The notes: a model not told the origin generated them from the letters alone. DNA of 64,000 bases from an uncultured cyanobacterium (GCA_963740315.1 CAVUDP010000001.1:1-64000), one strand, 5' to 3'. Positions 11,631 through 22,064 are shown, counted from the stretch's first letter. Numbers and translations are program-made.

Positions 11631-11709
11631 GGAATTTGATTTTCATGAATGAATGATTATTGATGTCGCTCTTAATATCCGAACTATTCGGGGAAGCTAT
11701 CACTTTTAA

Positions 11710-12459
11710 CTATTGATTCAAGAAAATCTTACCTTCAGATTGAAAAACGAATTCCAATGCTTCTTGCGGATAATTACCAACAGTTCCATACATAGAATCA
11801 AAAACTTCCTCTTTACGCATTCCATTTTTGCGACAGTAAGCAGATGCTTTTCTTCCTAAACTATTTGCTTGAGTTTTACCAAGCTTTATTTTATGAAGAT
11901 TAGCGTAACCAACAACTGTAAAATAATGTCCTGATGAAGATTCTATACGTTCTAATTCTGCATCTATCCCCTGCAACCATTTGTCGTGGGCTTCCAAGGA
12001 CTCGGTTAAATGTTCAGTTTTAGCTAATAGTAAATGTTGTTGAAGCTCTAACTGACACTGAATCTCTAAAATTTTGGATAATTGCCGATTTATTTCTAAT
12101 CCAAATTGCGGTATTGTCTGCTTTTGAGAACGCCATTGTTTTTCTAATTGTAAATACCACTTTCTCACTTCCCGACCTTTTTCTGTTCTTGCCATCATCG
12201 CAAAGGACTTAGCACAGTCGATTGTCAGCATCAGTTTTTCTAACTGAACACCTCCTCCCTGAGAGCGTTTAACCATATTATCATTTCGGATAATATGGTC
12301 AAAGTCTTGTCCCATAATAAATCCAGCTTTTTCAAAAGCTCGTTTAGCATTGCCTTTACTACTAAATTCCAACCATTTCCAATAGACATCGAAATCCACA
12401 GGAAACTGTTCTTCTGACTCTAGTTGACTCAGTATTTCTTGCTTTACAATATTATTCAC
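11710..12459 (-). CDS. Phage antirepressor-like protein (AntA/KilA-N type)
   Basis: FPVDFD..W.W, GQDF and LTIDCAKSFAMMARTEKGREVRKWY motifs, coiled coil, phage-type C-terminal domain. Confidence 0.75.
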   Translation of the reverse strand: MNNIVKQEILSQLESEEQFPVDFDVYWKWLEFSSKGNAKRAFEKAGFIMGQDFDHIIRNDNMVKRSQGGGVQLEKLMLTIDCAKSFAMMARTEKGREVRKWYLQLEKQWRSQKQTIPQFGLEINRQLSKILEIQCQLELQQHLLLAKTEHLTESLEAHDKWLQGIDAELERIESSSGHYFTVVGYANLHKIKLGKTQANSLGRKASAYCRKNGMRKEEVFDSMYGTVGNYPQEALEFVFQSEGKIFLNQ

Positions 12460-12542
12460 TTGTGGATACCTCTGCTAACGTAACGCCATAATAAATCTGC
12501 AATACTGCTATCTGAGCAGTAAGCTTGTGTGATGATATTCAT
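12456..12542 (-). CDS. 28-aa leader peptide coupled to antirepressor
   Basis: GAGG RBS 6 nt before ATG; MNIITQAYCSDSSIADLLWRYVSRGIHK; its TGA overlaps the GTG start of the antirepressor (GTGA). Confidence 0.45.
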   Translation of the reverse strand: MNIITQAYCSDSSIADLLWRYVSRGIHK

Positions 12543-14163
12543 GATTTACCTCAAAAAGCAGTCGGCAGGGAACCCGTCGCAGTGGTAAAACTAGTTTAGC
12601 CCCACAATATCAAGCACGACAGATAAGCTACAGTCTTCGTAACTCGGCGATCGCCTTACACCCAGAACGGAATGCCGGTTCGGAGGTTAAAAGGCACTAC
12701 TATTTATAGAGTTATAACTACCACTCATCTCGAAGAGATGCTTCTGTGCCTACTTTCTACTGACTTTCACTAATGCACCCAGAAGGTTAAAACAAAACAA
12801 AAAGTTTTTGAGTAATTTTATTTGTCGTGCTTGATACCCCCAATCAAATATTGAATGCATTGGAATCAAAACAAATCATCCAAAAGGAATAAAAAAGCAT
12901 TAAGAGTTAAAGAATATTTCATTGGATAGATGCATCAATTTTACAAGTGTTTTCATCTTTAAAACATTTGATACAAATACTAGGTAAGAAGTCTTCAATA
13001 CAACTACATAGATTAAAACTTTCTAGTTTGGTGCAATCTAGCCATTAATAAATTTTGCCAACTTTCTATGGTTTGAGGACGTGTAAATGCTCTTTTTGCA
13101 AGAGAATTAGCGATTAAACTACCCCAAAGCGTTTTTGTTTCAATATGTGTCAAAATTAGTCAAAAAATCCAGTTATATAACTAGAGCAGAGAAATAAGCA
13201 CGACTATTTTTAGTTGTAATAAATAGAACTTGCTCTGTTAAGCAAAATATTTCTATCTCTAGGTTTTTTCTTGACTAATATAATCTTTTATTTTTCTTAC
13301 AATGTTTATCTCGCAATAACTTGAATAATTTGGGCTTACAACTGAAAAAATATTGTAAAAACTTCAGTATCTGAATATTAACTGCTATTTTTTATACTTA
13401 TTTCTTTTGTTATCGATAATGCTTACGGTGCCTAATGCTCCTAACAGTAAGAATTTTAATCGATACGGAAGCTACCTTGACTAAGTATAAAAATTATAAT
13501 AAATTAAATAAAATTATACGACTTGATATTAGGCGTTAATCCTCTGACAAACTAAAAAAATAAAATTGTCAAAATGAAAACAATTGTGTATAAATAATTA
13601 AAGGTGTATGGTTTCGCTCCAAATTTATTTAGATTTGCTGTTTTGAGTCTGATTGTATTAATTAAAAATTATTTCTTCGTTGTTTCACGAAAATTTAATT
13701 TCAGCAGTTTGAGGGAAAATTGTTTTCAAGTCGATTAACGAGCGTGGTAATAATTACTTATCTGGATTACAACATTTTAGATATATGTTGGTGACAGGTA
13801 TCTACAAAAGTTTTTTCTGAAAACAGACACTGTATTATTGACTTTTACCGTGAAAAGAAAAAGTTTCTTCTCTCCCTGCTCCCCCTTGCCTGCCCTTACT
13901 TGATAATTTTAGCTTGGTTGAGTACTAGGAGTTTTTATCTCCAATAATTTGACTATATGAGAAGTTTTTCATAATACATTCCTAATCCGGAGAAATCGAA
14001 GAGGCATAATACTTTTTGGTTAACCAGAATGTTGTGTATTTTAACTCTGTGTTCCTCAATAGCAGAATTAATTTATCAAACCCTCCAAAATAAATCACGT
14101 TTCAGGATAAACCAAGATGTTAGATAAAGATATATGGCAAAGCATCCGAGAGAAAGCAATTAA

Positions 14164-15480
14164 CTATGGAAGGGAACTATCGAGTAAAAAGACTTCTATA
14201 TCCCTTCCACCATTGAATACAACTCTTTCGATAAAACGTAAACAGATAACTTTAAACTCCGTATCAGATAAAGATTCCCAGAAGTCAGCTTGACCAAACG
14301 AGCGTAACATTAAATTATCTTCTTCTGTCCTGGCTTCACGAATATTACTTTGCTGCTCGTAATTTTTTATTTGTTGCTTTAGATCAGCAATTGCCGTTTC
14401 GATTGCCCGATTGCTAGGAAGTGACTGAAGTGTTTGCAGTTGGTGTTGTAGTGTAATTAACCTTTCATCGACTATCGTATCCGTTTGCGTTCGGTTGTTA
14501 ACTTCCCGTACAACTTCGGAAGCATACTGAATGAGAACTTTTATCACTTCTTTTTTGACTATAGATTTAGCGATTGTCTTCCCGTTGCTGCATCCAGCTT
14601 TGCCAAACTGCTTGTATTGCGTACATTGAAACTGTTTTCCTGCCTTCGTTTTAGTCATAGCATGTCCGCAAACGCCACATTTGAATATTCCAGCAAGAAT
14701 GTGGGGCTTAAATTTGCTTGGGTCTTTTTTATTTACATGAGCAGTTATTTTTGATATATCTTCATATTCTCGTTCAGATATTAATGCCTCATGCGTTCCG
14801 TAATGCCGTTCAAATTCACCTGATTTCAATTTATAAAATGTGTGACCTCGTATTGCAGGGTTGTGCAACCAATTACGAAAGCTCGAAGGATACATTTTGA
14901 TTTCATAAGTTTCGACCAGCCAACGAGTAATAGAAGCAAAGGAATTAGTATAAAGTCTACGGATTGTTTCCTTAGCTATCGACCAATTAGTAGGGTGAGG
15001 GATACATCTACCGTCTTCATTCTTTGTATAGCCAAATGGTGGCTTCCCGAAATACTTAAGATTTGAGCGATAGTAATCAGTTCCGTGGGAGACACGCTCA
15101 GATAACAAACGACTCTCAAACTCTGCCAACCCGGCAATATTATTGATGGTTAGCCACCCGAAAGCGGAGTTTGTATCGCCTAAAGGAGAATCTAAAATGG
15201 TAAGTTTAACACCAGCTTTTTGAAGTATTTCTATTGTTTTATGGATGCTAATTACGTTGCGTCCAAGTCTATCTAGCCGCGTAACAATCACTTCTGTTGC
15301 GACTCCGTTTTTAGCTAAAGCAATTGTTTGATTAAAGTTTTTTCTAGTATCCTTCCTGCCTGATTCGATATCATAGAGGATTTTCTGTGCCCCAGCTTTT
15401 TCAAGTCGGCTAATTTGTTGGTCAAGCGCTTCCGTATCTGCTTGCTGACGAGTTGATACACGGGCATATCCTATTCGCAT
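14164..15480 (-). CDS. Large serine recombinase, XisF-like
   Basis: GYARVST catalytic Ser, RLDRLGR, PPFGY recombinase domain, CGVCG...C...C zinc ribbon, coiled coil. Confidence 0.93.
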   Translation of the reverse strand: MRIGYARVSTRQQADTEALDQQISRLEKAGAQKILYDIESGRKDTRKNFNQTIALAKNGVATEVIVTRLDRLGRNVISIHKTIEILQKAGVKLTILDSPLGDTNSAFGWLTINNIAGLAEFESRLLSERVSHGTDYYRSNLKYFGKPPFGYTKNEDGRCIPHPTNWSIAKETIRRLYTNSFASITRWLVETYEIKMYPSSFRNWLHNPAIRGHTFYKLKSGEFERHYGTHEALISEREYEDISKITAHVNKKDPSKFKPHILAGIFKCGVCGHAMTKTKAGKQFQCTQYKQFGKAGCSNGKTIAKSIVKKEVIKVLIQYASEVVREVNNRTQTDTIVDERLITLQHQLQTLQSLPSNRAIETAIADLKQQIKNYEQQSNIREARTEEDNLMLRSFGQADFWESLSDTEFKVICLRFIERVVFNGGRDIEVFLLDSSLP

Positions 15481-15504
15481 ATATCGGTTAAAGCATTATT
15501 TTGT

Positions 15505-16257
15505 CTATAAGAATAATAGTACCACACCATACAGTAAACCCAACATCAGCGCACAGGTATCATCTGTATTTACGGGTTTCCGAACCCCGGTTGCGGCATC
15601 TTTTCTTTGAGAAATTGCGGTGGTAAAATGAGCGTTGACTCGACTTACTTCCCCAAATAACCAGTGAATGTAGTCGAAAGTGTGGGAACCCAAGGAACCC
15701 AAAGCACCACCACCTTTTTCTTTTTGAGAATACCAGTTCCAAGCGCGATCGGGATCGGCGCGGGAGGAACCAAACCAGTCGATCTTAATTAAACGCTTGT
15801 TGCCAACATAATTTTGAGCCAGCAATTCGCAAAATAACAGCCATCCGGGAACGAAGCGAAATTCAAAGTCTACGGTAGCAGCTAATTTTTTTTCTTGAGC
15901 TAAATAATAAAGTTCTTTGGCTTGTGCGACGTTTAAAGTAACTGGTTTTTCTAATAATAAATGTTTCCCGGCTTGTAAAACTTGTTTCGCCATTTCGTAA
16001 TGTAGAAATGGTGGTGTTGATATCGCGACTGCTTGTACTTCGGGTAGTTGCAGGATATCTGTAAGGCGATCGCAAGCGTGGGGGATGTCGTTAGATTCGG
16101 CGATTTCCTTGGCTTTATCCAAATCCCGATTGTAAACGGCTACTACTTGAGTATTGGGATGCGCTTTTAATCCGGGAATATGGACTTTTTTACCGAATCC
16201 CGTTCCTACTACAGCAATACCAATTTCACCCTGTTGATTTTTCGATGCGGCAGTCAT
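15505..16257 (-). pseudogene. Gfo/Idh/MocA oxidoreductase, 3'-truncated by element insertion
   Basis: GTGFG Rossmann motif, EKP, GGGALGSLGSH. Ends abruptly after TDDTCALML with an 11-aa tail (GLLYGVVLLFL), 25 bp before the recombinase ATG. Confidence 0.85.
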
Positions 16258-16516
16258 AAATGTAAATTATATGTAGATAAGCGTTAATCTTATAATTTAC
16301 AACAATGTTTACCTGCTCCCAAGGAATTGAGAATAAAAAGTAATGTTGTTTCATCAAGCTTCAGATAATAATGTTTTGTTTGCGTTTAAATCTTCACTAA
16401 GATCAAAAGCAGCAGTAAATGAGTGCTTAAACAATCACTTACTGCTGGAAAAAATCACTATTTAACAAAGATAAAAACAAATTCCAGTAAAATGTCTAAA
16501 ATGACAGTTACTATGA

Positions 16517-16909
16517 TTATTCGTATCTTAGAATTCCATTTATATTCGCAACGTCATCTATACGTATTGAAGTTCTTTTGAATCTGCCATTTATTTTTCG
16601 GCAAATGCCTGATAATACATCTCGTCTAACTCGAATTTTTTTACAGCTTCTATGAAATGAAGCTACTTTGCCTCCCCTTACTAGATTTCCATTGTCATTG
16701 CGAATTTCACGCAAAGTTAAGGAAGTTCTACGATAACGGCGATTTATTTTACGGCATGATGCTCTCAGTACATTTCCTGAAATGCTGATGTTTTTACAGC
16801 TTCGTTGAAAGGTTGAACCCCCAGCAGCAGGAAAGTTTATTGCTTAAACAGCAGAACTTCCAATAATCATTGCACCGAGTGAAAGCAAGATTTTATTTTT
16901 GATAGACAT
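16517..16909 (-). pseudogene. Secreted cyanovirin-N-like (CVNH) protein with in-frame stop
   Basis: ATG at 16909, signal peptide, TAA at 16844-16846, then in frame two repeats: STFQRSCKNISISGNVLRASC...IRNDNGNL and ASFHRSCKKI..VLSGIC...VANINGIL. Confidence 0.7.
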
Positions 16910-17126
16910 GATTTTTTCCTTAAAAAAATTAGTTACTTTGAACACAATCTTTAACTTTTTTGCCAACCGTGTGTGTTCGTTTCTATATTTTTTATTAGGA
17001 GTAAGTTAAATAAATTATGCAGTTTCACAGCCTCGCTCGCTGTTTTTTACTGTTTTTATAACCAAAACCCTTGTGGAGACTTGGTTATAATACGTCTCTA
17101 CATAAATTTTTTAAGATAAAAATATC

Positions 17127-17263
17127 GGCGTTGCTGAATTCAGCTATGAATTATATTTAATTACATTTTGTATTAAATCCGAAATCCGTGTAGAGACGGC
17201 GTACACACTGCAACGTCTCCAATAATGTGAAATCATCACTTCATATTTTGATTCAGCAACGCC
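17127..17263. mobile_element. MITE-like element
   Basis: Terminal inverted repeats GGCGTTGCTGAAT...ATTCAGCAACGCC enclosing a GTAGAGACG...CGTCTC palindrome; similar palindromes at 17072 and 17302. Confidence 0.7.
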
Positions 17264-17442
17264 AAAATATCTTTTGACTGGTTCGTTTTCTCGGTAAACC
17301 TTGGGAGACGTTATGTATAACGTCTCTACAACCCATCAGAATAAATGAAATGAACTACTAGTATTGGTAGATCGTATTAATTGATATCATCACCATTTAC
17401 TTATTTTTATCTCAAATGAGAATTCAAACCCAAATACATAAA

Positions 17443-17515
17443 AATCTAAAATCTAAAACTTGTGCTGAGCAGTTCGACGTAGCTCACTGTAAGACTTGCC
17501 GAAGTATCTAAAATC
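17443..17515 (+). repeat. 73-bp dispersed repeat (nested SDR-like core in TCTAAAA heptamers)
   Basis: Exact reverse complement of 24083-24155. Confidence 0.9.
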
Positions 17516-17534
17516 TAAAATCGAATTAACTACT

Positions 17535-17915
17535 TTACCGAATCGGATAAGCAGGTGTGTTTCTTAATTGACCTTTATCTTTGATTGAAGGAGTCATCCA
17601 AGGTGCTGAGGGTGGTAGATGTCGCGTTGGTGTATAGTTACCGTAACCGGGATTCGGTATATAAGCTGGTGGCATTTTATTATTTAAACCTTCTTCAACT
17701 GGGGGAATCCAACGTGGTGGTGGCGGCATCGGGTTGACACCACCTTGTTCGGGATTTAACATTGCATCCATCGAATTTTCTAGTTTGACAGCTTGATACT
17801 TGACGCTATCGATTTTACCTAACGCAACTATATTTACCGTACTCGTCAAGCCTGGGAAAGCACTTAATACAACTGTGGATATAGCAATTGTTACACTAAG
17901 AATTTGCCTTTTCAT
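17535..17915 (-). CDS. Secreted proline-rich hypothetical protein
   Basis: MKRQILSVTIAIS signal peptide, Pro-rich C-terminal half. Confidence 0.6.
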   Translation of the reverse strand: MKRQILSVTIAISTVVLSAFPGLTSTVNIVALGKIDSVKYQAVKLENSMDAMLNPEQGGVNPMPPPPRWIPPVEEGLNNKMPPAYIPNPGYGNYTPTRHLPPSAPWMTPSIKDKGQLRNTPAYPIR

Positions 17916-18395
17916 CTCAATCGCTCCCAATAACTTACAAATTTGATATAGCTATGTACATAGCTACCAACTGCGATCGCAGTATTTCCGAAATAAAACT
18001 TAAAGTTTTTACTTCAGTGTTAACAAAAGTAAATCAGATTACATTTATATATCAGTTATAGGTTATACATTCCAAAAAAAGCAACATTCACTCGATTGAT
18101 GATTTAAACAAACTTGTTAAGCCGCTTTCAATGAATCAAAAGCAGCTTAGAATGCAAACCCAATCTATATTATATCTCAGCAATTATACTAGTTCTATTG
18201 TATTCAAATATTCTCTGTCATCATCTCTTAACTAAATTTATCTTGTTTCGGTTTATAGTTATTTAACGATTTTTTGCCTGTTAAATTAATCTTACCTACA
18301 GGAATACGGGAGCAGAATTTTGTCCGGCGAAGCGCTTAAAAGACGAGGGTATATTTTCTGCTACCTACTTCCTAGTCCCTTTTTAATTTATAAAG

Positions 18396-20366
18396 CTATA
18401 GACTATAGACTACTTTGTGAATATTTTGTAATAGTGTTTCTGTGGTGTAGGGCTTTGATAAAAATGCTTGAGCGCCGTTTTCCATAGCTACAATTCTTTG
18501 GCTGACACAATTAAATCCGCTTATAGCAATAGTTTTAATTTGCGGGTTCATTTTTCGCAGTATATAGATTACATCTTCACTATCAATTAATGGCATTGTT
18601 ATATCCATCAATACGGCACTTATTTCATGCTTGTGTTGAGCATAAAGGGCGATCGCCGAAATTCCATCGCTGGCAATTAACGCCCGATAACCGTAGGTTT
18701 CCAGGGTGGTTTTGCAAATATTGCAAATGGTGGGTTCGTTATCAACAATCAGAATTAATTCCCCATTCCCAGTAGCTAGCGTTTCTTTTAAAGCTTGAAT
18801 ATCTGGTTGCTGCAAAGCCGGAAGGTAAATTTTGAATATAGTTCCTTCTCCTGGTTTGCTGTATAGATTAATAAAACCGCCGTGGTTTTTGACAATGGTT
18901 TTGACGTTTGAAAGTCCCAACCCCGTACCACCATCTAATTTTGTTGTAAAAAATGGTTCAAAAATTTGCTCTAATATTTGCGGATGAACGCCGTTACCTG
19001 TATCTATAACTGTAAGCTCAACATAGGCTCCAGTTTTGGCATCAGGGCAAATCCCAACATAACTTTCATCGAGAAACAGATTCCCAACCGATATACTCAC
19101 TGTCCCCCCGGAGGGCATTGCATCCCGTGCATTAATGCAAAGGTTCATTAGAACCTGATGTAGTTGCGTTTTATCTCCTCTTATTAGCCACAAATTTGAC
19201 GGTATATGTGTATCTATTTCAATCGATTCCGGAAAGCTACTTTGAGTAAAATCTTTAACTTCCGAAATTAGCTTTCCGACCTGTATTTCCGTGGGCTTTT
19301 CTGGGACACCCCGCGAGAATGACAGCACCTGTTGTACTAGTTTGGCACCGTTTTTTACATTGGTTTGGAGTATGTCTAGTAACTTGTGTGTCTCCACATC
19401 ATCATCCTTGTACCTAGACTTCAAAAGATGAGCTATTCCTAGAACTGGTGTCAAGATATTGTTGATGTCGTGACAGATACCGCTAGCAAGTATTCCAATA
19501 CTTTCGAGGCGTTGGAGGTGAAAAACTTGGGCTTCTAGCTGCCTTTTTTCGGTGATTTCCCGACCTTTAAGCCGCAGCATTACGACTTTTCCGCTTTCAT
19601 CTCTAAAGGGCTTCAGAGAAAAGTCGATCGCGACGACACTTTTATTTTTTCCCAACAATTCTATTTCGCAGCGAACAGATTCGCCCTTCAAAACTTGTAA
19701 AACGATGTCCTTTTGCGTTTGAGTTTGATCTCCAGATTTCCACCAGTCCATTTCCCACAGGTATTTACCCGCAATATCAAGCAGCGTCAAATCGCTAAAG
19801 TCTAAAAGAGCTTGATTTGCTTCAATGAACTCACCATCTGGCTGCAATAAAGCCATAAAGTCTTCAGACTCATCGAAGAAAGCGCGAAATTTTTCTTCAC
19901 TTTTGGATTCAGATTGTCCCGTGTCAAGCGTCGGAAAATTCGGGATGACATGAAAACCAACGCTGACAACATACTCGATATAATCGGAACCATTGGTTAA
20001 AGCTGTATTGAACCAAGAAATCAAGTAAAAATTCCCGTTTTTATCTACCAGGTAATTGTCGTTTTTAACCGGATATTTGCCCGACAGAACTTGTTCAAAA
20101 ACAGTTTGGCTCATTTCTACTTGTTCTGGAATCATACATAAATCCCAGACACATTTACCTTTGACTCGATCAAGAGTAGAGCCAACTATGCTTTCGCAAG
20201 CTTGATTAAAGCAAACTATTTGCCCCAATCGGTCTTGCACAATTACTAAAACAGTAGGATGATTCAGTATAGCTTCGCAAAAATTATCGTTGACTGCAAA
20301 GGTGTCAAGAAGCGTTTGAAATTGATCTTTTACTGCAAATAACTTTTCGTTTTTTTGGTTCAACAT
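18396..20366 (-). CDS. PAS-PAS hybrid histidine kinase with receiver domain
   Basis: Two PAS domains, H-box GICHDINNILT, N/G boxes (NLCINARDAM, DTGNG, GTGLGL), receiver VLMDITMP. Confidence 0.93.
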   Translation of the reverse strand: MLNQKNEKLFAVKDQFQTLLDTFAVNDNFCEAILNHPTVLVIVQDRLGQIVCFNQACESIVGSTLDRVKGKCVWDLCMIPEQVEMSQTVFEQVLSGKYPVKNDNYLVDKNGNFYLISWFNTALTNGSDYIEYVVSVGFHVIPNFPTLDTGQSESKSEEKFRAFFDESEDFMALLQPDGEFIEANQALLDFSDLTLLDIAGKYLWEMDWWKSGDQTQTQKDIVLQVLKGESVRCEIELLGKNKSVVAIDFSLKPFRDESGKVVMLRLKGREITEKRQLEAQVFHLQRLESIGILASGICHDINNILTPVLGIAHLLKSRYKDDDVETHKLLDILQTNVKNGAKLVQQVLSFSRGVPEKPTEIQVGKLISEVKDFTQSSFPESIEIDTHIPSNLWLIRGDKTQLHQVLMNLCINARDAMPSGGTVSISVGNLFLDESYVGICPDAKTGAYVELTVIDTGNGVHPQILEQIFEPFFTTKLDGGTGLGLSNVKTIVKNHGGFINLYSKPGEGTIFKIYLPALQQPDIQALKETLATGNGELILIVDNEPTICNICKTTLETYGYRALIASDGISAIALYAQHKHEISAVLMDITMPLIDSEDVIYILRKMNPQIKTIAISGFNCVSQRIVAMENGAQAFLSKPYTTETLLQNIHKVVYSL

Positions 20367-20536
20367 GATTTTTAAAGATAATTTTGCCGATCGCGGATTT
20401 GGCGGATATCAACTTAAACCTACAGCCGATTTCATTGGAATGAGGTACAGGACATATCGTTATAAGGGAGTAGGGAGTAGGGAGCAGGGGAATGTACCTC
20501 AACAAGACAGGCAAACTACTGTATATTGTTTGAACA

Positions 20537-20706
20537 TAAGTAGGTGGACAAAAATATTTACAGTCATTGCGAGCAACGCGAAGCAATCCCAGACCTTGCG
20601 ATGAACCGCACCCTCCGGGTGAATGCTTCATTTCACTGAGCCGCACGCTCCGCGTGAACGTTCCATTCGCAATGACATTGTGTAAATAATTCTGTCTGAT
20701 TACTTA
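20537..20706. mobile_element. MITE-like element with two 21-nt inserts
   Basis: Imperfect TIRs TAAGTAGGTGGACAAAAATATTTACA / TGTAAATAATTCTGTCTGATTACTTA; internal GTCATTGCGA...TCGCAATGAC palindrome. Confidence 0.7.
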
Positions 20707-20727
20707 TTTACGAATTACGAATTATAC

Positions 20728-20946
20728 TCATATGGCGCAGAAAGTTAGAAAATTCGGCAAGCAGTATCTAGTCTCAGCGCAAATTTCCTCTGGTTTTTCT
20801 GCCAGCAAATCTTCAACATAGCCACCTTGAGAAAGTTCAGCTTCCCAAGTGTTATCAAAAGGACCGAAGTAATAAGTACATGAGGGTTGTTCGGTTTTTA
20901 TTACTACCCACCATGCTAGTTCTAAAGTGTTTTGAGTAAATTCCAT
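20728..20946 (-). CDS. DUF1816 family protein
   Basis: WWVVIKTEQPSCTYYFGPF...GYVEDL motif. Confidence 0.85.
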   Translation of the reverse strand: MEFTQNTLELAWWVVIKTEQPSCTYYFGPFDNTWEAELSQGGYVEDLLAEKPEEICAETRYCLPNFLTFCAI

Positions 20947-21341
20947 ATCACTTTTTATCTCTTGAAGTGGTTATTATTAAGTTGTTGTTCGTTGTGGGTA
21001 GTAATACCGTTTCACCGATTGTAAGTAGGTGAGTCGGAGTTTTTAAATTTTGTACAATAATCGAGAAGCCCGCTTTTTTATCTTTGAACTTATAAGATTT
21101 TTTGCAGCGCTTGATAATTTTGTACAAAATCTTGTAACAATATAATTAAACCAGCGAATACAAGCTTTTCTATTAAAAATAATAGATTTGTTCTCCTATT
21201 CCTGTCTATACGCTAACGGATATACATAGCGACAAAAGTAAATTTATATTTAAATAGTTAAGCCTGCATTACTTGTATATAACCGTTACCTACTCTCTAT
21301 CTAAACGAAATGTTTAATTGAATGTTGGCACAAGTAATTAT

Positions 21342-22064
21342 CTAATTCTGAAACACACCAAGCAAACGCAAGTAATCTTGTTTAATTATGTCGTAGCACT
21401 CGCAAGCGGTTGCTTCTAAAGCATGGCGATCGCATATGGTAATATGACCGCGAACGTAGCTAATTATGCCTTTGTCTTGAAGAATGCCAGCGGCTACAGA
21501 CACACCAGCACGACGAACCCCTAACATATAAGCGATAAATTCCTGAGTCAGCGCTATATCCTCTTGCTGTACGGAATCTTGGACGGAAAGCAGCCACCGA
21601 GCCAGTCGTTGCTCGATCGCGTGGTGGCTATTGCAGGCAACATTTAGTGAAATCTGAGTAAACATAGCTTGAGTGTAGAGTAGCAATAGTTTTGTCAGAT
21701 TACCGTGTCTGCTGCATTCGCTTTTAAATACCGAAGCATCTAAGGCGATCGCGCTACCGCTAACTTGCGCTTGGATGGTGCTAACGGAGGAATTTCCTCC
21801 CCAAAAAACGGGAAGACCAACCATTCCTTCATTACCCACTAAGGCGACTTCAGTTGTTAAGCCGTTCTCCATAATATAAACATCAGAAATCATTGCACTC
21901 ACTGGAAAATAAACCAATTTTATCGGTTCTTTGGCTTCGTAAAGAATTTCACCGGAGAGTAAAGAGATTTGTTTTAAATCGGGAGCAAGACGCTGATATT
22001 CCGATTCTGATAAAGCGGCTAATAGTTTATTATGCAGTTTGGCTTTATCGTTTGAACCAGACAT
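21342..22064 (-). CDS. Crp/Fnr family transcriptional regulator
   Basis: VGNEGMVG cNMP-like domain, LTQEFIAYMLGVRRAGVS HTH. Confidence 0.92.
   Translation of the reverse strand: MSGSNDKAKLHNKLLAALSESEYQRLAPDLKQISLLSGEILYEAKEPIKLVYFPVSAMISDVYIMENGLTTEVALVGNEGMVGLPVFWGGNSSVSTIQAQVSGSAIALDASVFKSECSRHGNLTKLLLLYTQAMFTQISLNVACNSHHAIEQRLARWLLSVQDSVQQEDIALTQEFIAYMLGVRRAGVSVAAGILQDKGIISYVRGHITICDRHALEATACECYDIIKQDYLRLLGVFQN

Larger units (their letters stand above)
1..15540 (-). mobile_element. Integrative conjugative element (right part; left end outside window) inserted in a Gfo/Idh/MocA gene
   Basis: Co-oriented T4SS operon, primase-helicase, antirepressor and large serine recombinase. The adjacent host gene loses homology-like sequence at ~15540. 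Only 3 HIP1 sites seen (2857, 8985, 12647) versus many in flanking DNA. Confidence 0.85.

Noticed and set aside
12800..14163. Hidden xisH/xisI, repressor or directionality-factor genes
   Set aside because: Only short unconvincing ORFs (e.g. ~48 aa near 13010-13155) in AT-rich DNA.
15505..16257. Biliverdin reductase bvdR
   Set aside because: Same superfamily, but has EKP and GFG..VHIP motifs rather than the EYP motif I recall for BvdR; left as generic Gfo/Idh/MocA.
18029..18042. NtcA site GTA-N8-TAC upstream of the Pro-rich gene
   Set aside because: Match is present, but the nearest TAN3T is ~25 nt away rather than ~22, and chance matches are common in AT-rich DNA.
20305..20646. ORFs 20305-20646, 20365-20604, 8260-8442, 32940-33122, 46862-47104
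   Set aside because: Mostly translations of MITE or STRR DNA.
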